Assembly: GCA_964016885.1 (NCBI GenBank) | Contig: OZ024745.1 | Location: 3,658,001-3,722,000 of the forward strand | Direction: 5' to 3' | Length of the DNA: 64,000 nucleotides | Origin: Eledone cirrhosa | Taxonomy: Eukaryota | Shown here: positions 15,001-25,619 of the stretch, one piece after another | Position numbering within the stretch: position 1 is the first letter of the stretch | How the letters are laid out: the number at the start of each line of letters is the position of its first letter | The notes under the pieces: generated by a model | Told to the model about the DNA's origin: nothing | Seen by the model: the letters and a program-made list of their open reading frames with translations, nothing else | Databases searched by the model: none | Made by a program: the position numbers and the translations under genes

Positions 15001-18000
15001 AAGGGTGTCTGGTTAGATAATACTGCAGGAAGGATGTCTGGTTAGATAATACTGCAGGAAGGGTGTCTGGTTAGATAATACTGCAGGAAGGGTGTCTGGA
15101 TAGATAACACTGCAGGAAGGGTGTCTGGTTAGATATTACTGCAGGAAGGGTGTCTGGTTAGATAATACTACAAGAAGGGTGTCTGGTTAGATAATACTAC
15201 AAGAAGGGTGTCTGGTTAGATAATACTGCAGGAAGAGTGTCTGGTTAGATAATACTGCAGGAAGGGTGTCTGGTTAGATAATACTGCAGGAAGGGTGTCT
15301 GGTTAGATAATACTGCAGGAAGGGTGTCTGGTTAGATAACACTGCAGGAAGGGTGTCTGGTTAGATAATACTGCAGGAAGGGTGTCTGGTTAGATAATAC
15401 TGCAGGAAGAGTGTCTGGTTAGATAATACTGCAGGAAGGGTGTGTGGTTATAGGATAATACTGCAGGAAGAGTGTCTGGTTAGATAACACTGCAGGAAGG
15501 GTGTCTGGTTATAGGATAATACTGCAGGAAGGGTGTCTGGTTATAGGATAATACTGCAGGAAGAGTGTCTGGTTAGATAATACTGCAGGAAGGGTGTCTG
15601 GTTAGTTAATACTGCAGGAAGGGTGTCTGGTTAGTTAATACTGCAGGAAGGGTGTCTGGTTAGATAATACTGCAGGAAGAGTGTCTGGTTAGATAATACT
15701 GCAAGAAGGGTGTCTGGTTAGATAATACTGCAGGGAGGGTGTCTGGTTATAGGATAATACTGCAAGAAGGGTGTCTGGTTAGATAACACTGCAGGAAGAG
15801 TGTCTGGTTAGATAACACTGCAGGAAGAGTGTCTGGTTAGATAATACTGCAGGAAGAGTGTCTGGTTAGATAACACTGCAGGAAGGGTGTCTGGTTATAG
15901 GATAATACTGCAAGAAGGGTGTCTGGTTAGATAATACTGCAGGAAGGGTGTCTGGTTAGATAACACTGCAGGAAGGGTGCCTGGTTAGATAATACTGCAG
16001 GAAGAGTGTCTGGTTAGATAACACTGCAGGAAGGGTGTCTGGTTATAGGATAATACTGCAAGAAGGGTGTCTGGTTAGATAATACTGCAGGAAGGGTGTC
16101 TGGTTAGATAACACTGCAGGAAGGGTGTCTGGTTAGATAACACTGCAGGAAGGGTGTCTGATTAGATAATACTGCAGGAAGGGTGTCTGGTTAGATAACA
16201 CTGCAGGAAGGGTGTCTGGTTAGATAATACTGCAGGAAGAGTGTCTGGTTAGATAATACTGCAGGAAGAGTGTCTGGTTATAGGATAATAGTGCAGGAAG
16301 GGTGTCTGGTTAGATAATACTGCAGGAAGGGTGTCTGGTTAGATAACACTGCAGGAAGGGTGTCTGGTTAGATAATACTGCAGGAAGGGTGTCTGGTTAG
16401 ATAATACTTCAAAAAAGGTGTCTGGTTAGATAACACTGCAGGAAGGGTGTCTGGTTAGATAATACTGCAGGAAGAGTGTCTGGTTAGATAATACTGCAGG
16501 AAGAGTGTCTGGTTAGATAATACTGCAGGAAGGGTGTCTGGTTAGATAATACTGCAGGAAGGGTGTCTGGTTAGATAATACTGCAGGAAGGGTGTCTGGT
16601 TAGATAATACTGCAGGAAGAGTGTCTGGTTAGATAATACTGCAGGAAGGGTGTCTGGTTAGATAACACTTCAAAAAAGGTGTTTGGTTAGATAACACTGT
16701 AGGAAGTGTCTGGTTAGATAATACTGCAGGAAGAGTGTCTGGTTAGATAATACTGCAGGAAGGGTGTCTGGTTAGATAACACTTCAAAAAAGGTGTTTGG
16801 TTAGATAACACTGTAGGAAGTGTCTGGTTAGATAATACTGCAGGAAGAGTGTCTGGTTAGATAATACTGCAGGAAGAGTGTCTGGTTAGATAATACTGCA
16901 GGAAGGGTGTCTGGTTAGATAACACTTCAAAAAAGGTGTCTGGTTAGATAACACTGCAGGAAGTGTCTGGTTAGATAATACTGCAGGAAGAGTGTCTGGT
17001 TAGATAATACTGCAGGAAGAGTGTCTGGTTAGATAATACTGCAGGAAGAGTGTCTGGTTAGATAATACTGCAGGAAGGGTGTCTGGTTAGATAACACTTC
17101 AAAAAAGGTGTCTGGTTAGATAACACTGCAGGAAGTGTCTGGTTAGATAATACTGCAGGAAGAGTGTCTGGTTAGATAATACTGCAGGAAGGGTGTCTGG
17201 TTAGATAATACTGCAGGAAGGGTGTCTGGTTAGATAACACTGCAGGAAGGGTGTCTGGTTAGATAATACTGCAGGAAGAGTGTCTGGTTAGATAATACTG
17301 CAGGAAGGGTGTCTGGTTAGATAATACTGCAGGAAGGGTGTCTGGTTAGATAATACTGCAGGAAGGGTGTCTGGTTAGATAATACTGCAGGAAGAGTGTC
17401 TGGTTAGATAATACTGCAGGAAGGGTGTCTGGTTAGATAACACTTCAAAAAAGGTGTCTGGTTAGATAACACTGTAGGAAGTGTCTGCTTAGATAATACT
17501 GCAGGAAGAGTGTCTGGTTAGATAATACTGCAGGAAGGGTGTCTGGTTAGATAACACTTCAAAAAAGGTGTCTGGTTAGATAACACTGCAGGAAGTGTCT
17601 GGTTAGATAATACTGCAGGAAGAGTGTCTGGTTAGATAATACTGCAGGAAGCGTGTCTGGTTAGATAATACTGCAGGAAGGGTGTCTGGTTAGATAACAC
17701 TTCAAAAAATGTGTCTGGTTAGATAACACTGCAGGAAGTGTCTGGTTAGATAATACTGCAGGAAGAGTGTCTGGTTAGATAATACTGTAGGAAGGGTGTC
17801 TGGTTAGATAACACTTCAAAAAAGGTGTCCGGTTAGATAACACTGCAGGAAGTGTCTGGTTAGATAATACTGCAGGAAGAGTGTCTGGTTAGATAATACT
17901 GCAGGAAGGGTGTCTGGTTAGATAATACTGCAGGAAGGGTGTCTGGTTAGATAACACTGCAGGAAGGGTGTCTGGTTAGATAATACTGCAGGAAGAGTGT

Positions 18001-20951
18001 CTGGTTAGATAATACTGCAGGAAGAGTGTCTTGTTAGATAATACTGCAGGAAGGGTATCTGGTTAGATAATACTGCAGGAAGAGTGTCTGGTTAGATAAT
18101 ACTGCAGGAAGGGTGTCTGGTTAGATAACACTGCAGGAAGAGTGTCTGGTTATATAATACTGCAGGAAGAGTGTCTGGTTAGATAATACTGCAGGAAGGG
18201 TGTCTGGTTAGATAATACTGCAGGAAGGGTGTCTGGTTAGATAATACTGCAAGAAGGGTGTCTGGTTAGATAACACTGCAGGAAGAGTGTCTGGTTAGAT
18301 AACACTGCAGGAAGGGTGTCTGGTTAGATAATACTGCAGGAAGGGTGTCTGGTTAGATAATACTGCAGGAAGAGTGTCTGGTTAGATAATACTGCAGGAA
18401 GGGTGTCTGGTTAGATAACACTTCAAAAAAGGTGTTTGGTTAGATAACACTGTAGGAAGTGTCTGGTTAGATAATACTGCAGGAAGAGTGTCTGGTTAGA
18501 TAATACTGCAGGAAGGGTGTCTGGTTAGATAACACTTCAAAAAAGGTGTCTGGTTAGATAACACTGCAGGAAGTGTCTGGTTAGATAATACTGCAGGAAG
18601 AGTGTCTGGTTAGATAATACTGCAGGAAGCGTGTCTGGTTAGATAATACTGCAGGAAGGGTGTCTGGTTAGATAACACTTCAAAAAATGTGTCTGGTTAG
18701 ATAACACTGCAGGAAGTGTCTGGTTAGATAATACTGCAGGAAGAGTGTCTGGTTAGATAATACTGCAGGAAGGGTGTCTGGTTAGATAACACTTCAAAAA
18801 AGGTGTCTGGTTAGATAACACTGCAGGAAGTGTCTGGTTAGATAATACTGCAGGAAGAGTGTCTGGTTAGATAATACTGCAGGAAGGGTGTCTGGTTAGA
18901 TAATACTGCAGGAAGGGTGTCTGGTTAGATAATACTGCAGGAAGGGTGTCTGGTTAGATAATACTGCAGGAAGAGTGTCTGGTTAGATAATACTGCAGGA
19001 AGGGTGTCTGGTTAGATAACACTTCAAAAAAGGTGTCTGGTTAGATAACACTGTAGGAAGTGTCTGGTTAGATAATACTGCAGGAAGAGTGTCTGGTTAG
19101 ATAATACTGCAGGAAGGGTGTCTGGTTAGATAACACTTCAAAAAAGGTGTCTGGTTAGATAACACTGCAGGAAGTGTCTGGTTAGATAATACTGCAGGAA
19201 GAGTGTCTGGTTAGATAATACTGCAGGAAGCGTGTCTGGTTAGATAATACTGCAGGAAGGGTGTCTGGTTAGATAACACTTCAAAAAATGTGTCTGGTTA
19301 GATAACACTGCAGGAAGTGTCTGGTTAGATAATACTGCAGGAAGAGTGTCTGGTTAGATAATACTGCAGGAAGGGTGTCTGGTTAGATAACACTTCAAAA
19401 AAGGTGTCTGGTTAGATAACACTGCAGGAAGTGTCTGGTTAGATAATACTGCAGGAAGAGTGTCTGGTTAGATAATACTGCAGGAAGGGTGTCTGGTTAG
19501 ATAATACTGCAGGAAGGGTGTCTGGTTAGATAACACTGCAGGAAGGGTGTCTGGTTAGATAATACTGCAGGAAGAGTGTCTGGTTAGATAATACTGCAGG
19601 AAGAGTGTCTTGTTAGATAATACTGCAGGAAGGGTATCTGGTTAGATAATACTGCAGGAAGAGTGTCTGGTTAGATAATACTGCAGGAAGGGTGTCTGGT
19701 TAGATAACACTGCAGGAAGAGTGTCTGGTTAGATAATACTGCAGGAAGGGTGTCTGGTTAGATAATACTGCAGGAAGGGTGTCTGGTTAGATAATACTGC
19801 AGGAAGGGTGTCTGGTTAGATAATACTGCAGGAAGAGTGTCTGGTTAGATAATACTGCAGGAAGGGTGTCTGGTTAGATAACACTTCAAAAAAGGTGTCT
19901 GGTTAGATAACACTGTAGGAAGTGTCTGGTTAGATAATACTGCAGGAAGAGTGTCTGGTTAGATAATACTGCAGGAAGGGTGTCTGGTTAGATAACACTT
20001 CAAAAAAGGTGTCTGGTTAGATAACACTGCAGGAAGTGTCTGGTTAGATAATACTGCAGGAAGAGTGTCTGGTTAGATAATACTGCAGGAAGCGTGTCTG
20101 GTTAGATAATACTGCAGGAAGGGTGTCTGGTTAGATAACACTTCAAAAAATGTGTCTGGTTAGATAACACTGCAGGAAGTGTCTGGTTAGATAATACTGC
20201 AGGAAGAGTGTCTGGTTAGATAATACTGCAGGAAGGGTGTCTGGTTAGATAACACTTCAAAAAAGGTGTCTGGTTAGATAACACTGCAGGAAGTGTCTGG
20301 TTAGATAATACTGCAGGAAGAGTGTCTGGTTAGATAATACTGCAGGAAGGGTGTCTGGTTAGATAATACTGCAGGAAGGGTGTCTGGTTAGATAACACTG
20401 CAGGAAGGGTGTCTGGTTAGATAATACTGCAGGAAGAGTGTCTGGTTAGATAATACTGCAGGAAGAGTGTCTTGTTAGATAATACTGCAGGAAGGGTATC
20501 TGGTTAGATAATACTGCAGGAAGAGTGTCTGGTTAGATAATACTGCAGGAAGGGTGTCTGGTTAGATAACACTGCAGGAAGAGTGTCTGGTTATATAATA
20601 CTGCAGGAAGAGTGTCTGGTTAGATAATACTGCAGGAAGGGTGTCTGGTTAGATAATACTGCAGGAAGGGTGTCTGGTTTGATAATACTGCAAGAAGGGT
20701 GTCTGGTTAGATAACACTGCAGGAAGAGTGTCTGGTTAGATAACACTGCAGGAAGAGTGTCTGGTTAGATAATACTGCAGGAAGGGCGTCTGGTTAGATA
20801 ACACTGCAGGAAGAGTGTCTGGTTAGATAACACTGCAGGAAGAGTGTCTGGTTAGATAACACTGCAGGAAGAGTGTCTGGTTAGATAATACTGCAGGAAG
20901 GGTGTCTGGTTAGATAACACTGCAGGAAGGGTGTCTGGTTAGATAATACTG
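1..20951. repeat. 29-bp tandem satellite array, ~720 copies, truncated by the left window edge
   Basis: Consensus AAGGGTGTCTGGTTAGATAA(T/C)ACTGCAGG repeated head-to-tail. Length variants include 32 bp (GGTTATAGGATAAT), 27 bp (GGGTCTGG) and CTTCAAAAAAGG types. The array ends at ...AGATAATACTG (20951). Confidence 0.99.
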
Positions 20952-21018
20952 TCTCAAGAAGTGGTGTCATTCATCCTATACCAACATGGAAAAGTAAATG
21001 TAAAAACAATGATGATGT
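20952..21018 (+). mobile_element. Degenerate SINE/RTE 3' tail continuous with the last satellite monomer
   Basis: TCTCAAGAAGTGG...CCTATACCAACATGGAAAAGTAAATGTAAAAACAATGATGATG resembles the CCCATGCAAGCGTGGAACACGGACGTTAAACGTTGATGATG end of the RTE at 26161-26240 (minus strand). Confidence 0.65.
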
Positions 21019-21139
21019 GACATATACAATCTATGCCCGCATGGATTAGATATACGTAGGATCTTAAATATAATACAAGATTCTAAATTCAGAGTTAACT
21101 CTAGTGTCATAAGTCTAAAAACCTGTTTCAAGCGCAGAA

Positions 21140-21345
21140 GTTCATCAGGCTGGTGTTTATCCCAATTTCCATGGCATTAAGCAAGACTCTCTCCCCACTG
21201 GACAAGATACCAGTCTATCATAAGATTAAACCCCCAGCTATTAATGGTACTTATTTTCAGTTGAGTATACCAGAGCAATGTAAAATGAAGTGTTCTGCCC
21301 AAGAATACAACCCACAACCCAGTCCAGGAATCTATGATCATAAGC
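21140..21345 (-). mobile_element. Decayed tRNA-derived SINE fragment
   Basis: CAGAGCAATGTAAAATGAAGTGTTCTGCCCAAGAATACAAC matches the GGAGCAATGTGAAAGTGTCTTGCTCAAGGAAACAAC core of the minus-strand SINE at 31534-31568. Confidence 0.55.
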
Positions 21346-21375
21346 TGTTTCGCATTTGCATTATTTTCTGATTAT

Positions 21376-21565
21376 GGCAGTGGATTGGCAGTATCGGTAG
21401 AAGGTCGGACGCCATGCTTTGCAGCATAGAGTTACGGCCCTTTACAGTTTGAGTTCAATTCCTGCCGAGGTTAACTTTGCCTTTCATCCTTACAGGGCCG
21501 ATAAAATAAAGTACCAGTAATACACTGGGTATGTGCTGGCCTTGTGCCAAAAGTAGAAACAATTG
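21376..21565 (+). mobile_element. tRNA-derived SINE (octopus OK-like family), copy 1, with target-site duplication
   Basis: B-box-like GAGTTCAATTC and core ACTTTGCCTTTCATCCTT...GATAAAATAAAGTACCAG. TSD TTATTTTCTGATTATG at 21361-21376 and 21566-21581. Near-identical copy at 22236-22423. Confidence 0.85.
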
Positions 21566-21600
21566 TTATTTTCTGATTATGAAAACTGTTGTCCACTCAC

Positions 21601-21676
21601 CATCATCTGAATGTAACTGGGTAACTGTCTGTATACTCTGTTGTAATTGTTTTAAACATGGTTTTACACTTTTTAC
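21601..21676 (-). CDS. MAU2: MAU2 coding exon (76 nt): VKSVKPCLKQLQQSIQTVTQLHSDD+G
   Basis: Acceptor tttttctgtcttgtttcag and donor gtgagt. The translation matches vertebrate MAU2 VKSVKPCLKQLQQCIQTISTLHDD. Absent from the ORF track. Confidence 0.95.
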
Positions 21677-21867
21677 CTGAAACAAGACAGAAAAACTGAA
21701 TGCTGCTAAAAAACGAATAATTAGCAAGATATATTAGAAAAATACAATTAATTAGAACAAACAATTAATTAGGCTTAATTTTACTGATATATATTTTAAA
21801 AAGTTTACTAAACTAATTCTAAATCTACAACTTAGGAATATATTAGAATAATTGTCTTAATTAGAAT

Positions 21868-22088
21868 TGAGTCATGATATACATGTGTGCGTGTGTATGG
21901 AGGGGAATATCAGGAAGCATGGAGGTTTTAAAGGATGCAGTGTCTCGACAGCTAACAACTGGGTTCACTCTCCCGCCCAGTTGTCAGCTGTCGAGACACT
22001 GCACCCTTTAAAACCTCCATGCTTCCTGAGATTCGCCAACACTACACCTAATATTCCCCCTCCATACACACATGTATATCATGACTCA
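21868..22088. repeat. Long inverted repeat (fold-back hairpin), arms ~97/112 bp, 12-nt loop
   Basis: TGAGTCATGATATACATG...CAACTGGG (21868-21964) is the reverse complement of CCCAGTTG...CATGTATATCATGACTCA (21977-22088), apart from one ~22-nt block present only in the right arm. Confidence 0.95.
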
Positions 22089-22205
22089 TACACTATTCCC
22101 TTCCCTGACATTTGTATATTATTCTATGTACTATACATGCACCATTGATGAGTTGTAATGCACCTGAGCACTGTACACAATAATTTCATTATTATTCATT
22201 ATTAT
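21970..22205 (+). mobile_element. 3' end of a CR1/L2-like LINE (ORF2 C-terminus, 3'UTR, (ATT)n tail)
   Basis: One frame reads PVVSCRDTAPFKTSMLPEIRQHYT*, resembling the LP..VV......FK C-terminal motif of CR1/L2-group ORF2. A UTR ending in CATTATTATT follows. Confidence 0.55.
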
Positions 22206-22235
22206 CATTATTAAATCATTATTATCATTATTAAA

Positions 22236-22423
22236 GGGCGGTGGATTGGCAGTATCGGTAGAGGGTCGGGCGCCATGCTTTGAAGCATAGAGTTACCTCC
22301 CTTTATGATCTGAGTTCAAATCCCGCTGAGGTTAACTTTGCCTTTCATCCTTACGGGGTCAATAAAATAAAGTACCAGTAATGCACTGGGATAATTGCTG
22401 GCCTGGTGCCAAAAGTAGAAACA
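22236..22423 (+). mobile_element. tRNA-derived SINE (OK-like), copy 2, with target-site duplication
   Basis: Colinear with 21376-21565. TSD ATTATTATCATTATTAAA at 22218-22235 and 22424-22441. Confidence 0.85.
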
Positions 22424-22498
22424 ATTATTATCATTATTAAATATTATAATTAGAATATATTCCAAGTATCTTAATTAGAAAGAATGAAATACAACAAA

Positions 22499-22745
22499 AG
22501 GAAACAATACCCTTCAAACAGGTGAAGAGGTGATAATTAAAAGGTTGATTGAGAAAATAAGACAAATATACAGCCACCTGGCCAGGAAAGAACACCCTTA
22601 GGTGAAGAGGTGATAATTAAAAGGTTGATTGAGAAAATAAGACAAATATACAGCCACCTGGCCAGGAAAGAACACCCTTAGGTGAAGAGGTGATAATTAA
22701 AAGGTTGATTGAGAAAATAAGACAAATATACACTCACCTGGCCAG
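22499..22745. repeat. 80-bp tandem triplication overlapping a MAU2 splice donor
   Basis: GGTGAAGAGGTGATAATTAAAAGG...CACCTGGCCAG recurs at 22521, 22601 and 22681. Confidence 0.95.
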
Positions 22746-22893
22746 CCATTAAATAGTGACAGACTTGAAGAACTAAGAAAAATACATTAAGAGATTCTTT
22801 TTGAGTCGGTGATCCTTGATAACGCTCAATTAAAGCACCAGCCATTGACAGAACCTCTTTCACTTCAGGCATCTTTTTATCAACTAATAGTAA
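22738..22893 (-). CDS. MAU2: MAU2 coding exon (156 nt): LLLVDKKMPEVKEVLSMAGALIERYQGSPTQKESLNVFFLVLQVCHYLMAGQ
   Basis: Acceptor atttcag and donor gtgagt, phase 0/0. Matches vertebrate MAU2 ...QGNPIQKESLRVFFLVLQVTHYLDAGQ. Confidence 0.96.
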
Positions 22894-23299
22894 CTGAAAT
22901 TAAATAATATTAAATAAACATAAACACAATACAGTTTGGTGAAATGGAACCTCAAAACTTCAATCAAGATTAATCTGTATTGAACTCCATTGGGCTATAT
23001 TGATTCCAAAGAAATTTGAGGTGGTCTGTGTTAGTAGAATTATATATTTGGTGGTGGTGTGTGTTAGTAGAATTATACAGTAAATTTGAATAAATGTGTA
23101 TGGCATGGGGGGTAAGAATCTGACATTTCAGTGCTGTCCCTTCATACAAGAGAACAATTTCCCTTTCTCTCAGATGAAGGGACAGTCCTTATGACTCATA
23201 TATACAATACATGAGTAACCTAGTGTTATAATGAGGTAGAGGTGGTGCCATGATTTAATTCACCCATGATGAAATGCTCATTAGTAGTCGCTGCTAAAT

Positions 23300-23490
23300 G
23301 GTTGGCATTAGGAAAGGCACCAGCCATAGAAACCATGCTCTCAGTACATGCTGTAACATGGTGTTAAGGAAGGCATCTAACTGTAGAAACCAAGCCAAAG
23401 CAGATCATACAAGCAAGATGTGGTTACCTGACCAGTCTGGCATTTAGTACATGGAAGATAGAGGTTGAACAATAAATGGTGATAATATGA
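23300..23490 (+). mobile_element. Decayed SINE/RTE 3'-tail fragments
   Basis: Two copies of the TTAGGAAGGGCATCCAGC..TAGAAACC-like module, followed by a degenerate CATGGAA...TGATAAT tail. Confidence 0.5.
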
Positions 23491-23642
23491 TTAGTTGACT
23501 ACTGATGATCTGTAATGACAGTGAAATACACATATCTACCACCCTTAATCCTGTGACAGTGACATAATCATAGTGTGTGGTTTTACATTGCTAATTATTA
23601 TAAATATTCAGAGTAAGACAGCAAATATTTAAAAAATACAGA

Positions 23643-23960
23643 ATCATCCTCATTAAATGTCAGCTTTTCCATGCTTGCATGGGTTGGAAAGGTCTTTTCC
23701 AGTACAGCATCCTTCCACTCGTTTCAGTCCTTTGTCATTTCCTCTGTGAACTTCAACAATTTGACATCAGCTCTGACAACTTCTACCCAGGTCTTCCTTG
23801 GTCACCACGGCAGCTTCCTTCCACTGGGATTTCTTACTACTTCTTCACCCAACAACCAGAATTCATACACATCACATCTTCTGACCACACTAGTGCTATC
23901 TTCTCTCCAGCAAACTACATCTGATTCCTCTTATACCTAGCTCTTCTCTCAGCTCATCCA
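23643..23960 (-). pseudogene. Old RTE-clade LINE 3' fragment with stops and frameshifts
   Basis: Minus-strand remnants ELGIRGIRCSLLERR* and PRKTWVEVVRADVKLLKFTEEMTKD*NEWKDAVLEKT align with the C-terminus of the 26556-28808 ORF ([14 protein letters not shown]...[12 protein letters not shown]...SVTEKT). Tail CATGCAAGCATGGAAAAG...ATGAGGATG. Confidence 0.8.
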
Positions 23961-24050
23961 TGTGGTGTCATTCATGCATATAAACATTTCACAAGTTAAT
24001 TATTCAATGATGTGCTGATGAAAAGAAAAAAGAAAAGAACAGAAACTTAC

Positions 24051-24173
24051 CATTCCTTTACTGAGTAGAAACAATAAGCGTAGGTAATCAGACTTGGCCG
24101 ATAATGCAAAATCAGAACCAACACCGAGTAACTGGCATGCAGATACATAGTCTCGTTCAGAGGCATGGATTTG
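24051..24173 (-). CDS. MAU2: MAU2 coding exon (123 nt): QIHASERDYVSACQLLGVGSDFALSAKSDYLRLLFLLSKGM
   Basis: Acceptor ttttcctttgatcag and donor gtaagt, phase 0/0. Matches vertebrate QLHTLEKDLVSACDLLGVG...LFLLSKGM. Confidence 0.96.
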
Positions 24174-24335
24174 CTGATCAAAGGAAAAACAAGAAAGTAA
24201 AATTATATTCAAATCAAAACAATAAGTTGCAGAAACATTTAAATTTGTCAATTTAATTCCCTCACTCTGTGGCCTCAGCTGAAATAGAAATCTCCATGTA
24301 GGTCTGTCTCCCATTACATTGTATCACTCTCTTAA

Positions 24336-24494
24336 CCCTTTAGCATTTAAACCAGCCATAACTAGCTGCTCATACTTATGTTAAGGTATTGTTCTCAAAA
24401 TAAATATCAAAATCTCAGATTCGATATTATGTGAGATAAAATGTTTACTATGAAAATACAATAGTAAATATAGAGTAATGTAAATGTTAAAGGG
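24336..24494. mobile_element. TTAA-flanked MITE (piggyBac-like termini), copy 1
   Basis: TTAA|CCCTTTAGCATTTA ... TAAATGTTAAAGGG|TTAA terminal inverted repeats with TTAA on both sides. Confidence 0.8.
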
Positions 24495-24774
24495 TTAAAA
24501 TAAGATTGGAAGAGGTACTTTGGAGAAATTTGATAAATTGGAATACCAGATTCCAAAGAAAGCTTAAAGGTCATTATCTTAATAGTAATTTCTTTCCAGT
24601 TAGTATCTTAATAGAGATGGACAACTCAGCATGTTAATAACTTCCAGTTGGATCCAAGTCAACAAACCAGTTTCTCAAATACATAATGGAAATGAATTGA
24701 AAGGTAGAAACATTACAATAAACTTGTTTTTCTCCCAAGCCTAGAGGCTCATCAGGCCAGAGTTGTTTGTCCTG

Positions 24775-24940
24775 GCACCAAGACAACCATCTTACAGGGT
24801 GCACTAGGTGTTTTTTGTCGTGGCACGAGTACAACCACCTTACCGGGTGAAGTGGGTGCTTTTTTGCCATGACACCTGTCTGACCACCTTACAAGGTTTA
24901 CAGGGTGTTTTTCTTCTTTTTTTCTTGTGCCACCAGCACT
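24775..24940. repeat. Degenerate ~50-bp tandem (3 copies) of a SINE/RTE UTR module
   Basis: ACCACCTTAC(A/C)GGGTG...GGTG(C/T)TTTTTTG(T/C)C(G/A)TG(G/A)CAC recurs. Similar to 31420-31460 and 26310-26400. Confidence 0.55.
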
Positions 24941-25127
24941 ACCAACTTTTTTTAAACCGAATCGACAAGATCCCAGACCTCATTCACTTATCGAGTGAGG
25001 TGGAAACAATGTCTCCTTTGGTCTTTCCAATTGTTGATACTATCTCCCGGTCACATCTTACAACAGGTTAATTCAAAGAAGAATCAATGTGAGATGTAGA
25101 ATAAGGGAGGAATAAAAGACAACTTAC

Positions 25128-25223
25128 TGCAAGATGGAAAAGTAGTCGACAATGCCAATAGGGAGCCTGCTGTGATACCTCAATTGCTTTCTTCAATATA
25201 GGCTTAGCACGGTCAATCTGCTG
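25128..25223 (-). CDS. MAU2: MAU2 coding exon (96 nt): [32 protein letters not shown]
   Basis: Acceptor gtttacag and donor gtaagt, phase 0/0. Matches vertebrate [27 protein letters not shown]. Absent from the ORF track. Confidence 0.96.
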
Positions 25224-25503
25224 CTGTAAACATCAATAAAATCTCAACTGATACAAGATTATCAATTAAATAATATAAAGAATTAAATATTTAATAGTTT
25301 TGTTTAAGTTTAAAAATATATGGAATACTCAAGTATTTCTTGAAAATAGTTTTTAAGGACCAAAGTAAAGGTCAGTTATATTATGTCTACATAGTTGAAT
25401 TACTTAACTGAAAGTTTTTAGTTGGCTCTCCTTAACAAACGTCTATCAGTTATAATTTTTAATTATTTAGATATACTCTATCTGACTTTTATATTGTATA
25501 TAA

Positions 25504-25562
25504 CACACGCGCACGCACGCACGCACACACACACACACACACGCGCACACACACACGCACAC
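25504..25562. repeat. (CA)n/(CACG)n microsatellite
   Basis: Read directly from the sequence. Confidence 0.95.
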
Positions 25563-25619
25563 CTTCAATTCTCAAATAGTCTATTGACATTGATTGAAAA
25601 ATAAAAAATAAGAACCTAC

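Noticed and set aside
1-20951. CRISPR-like array (29-bp repeats)
   Set aside because: Monomers are contiguous with no unique spacers, there are no cas genes, and the context is a eukaryotic spliced gene.
22665-22680. AACACCCTT as an inverted piece of the 29-bp satellite
   Set aside because: The match is only 8 nt, and it is explained by the flank AATACCCTT at 22506-22514.
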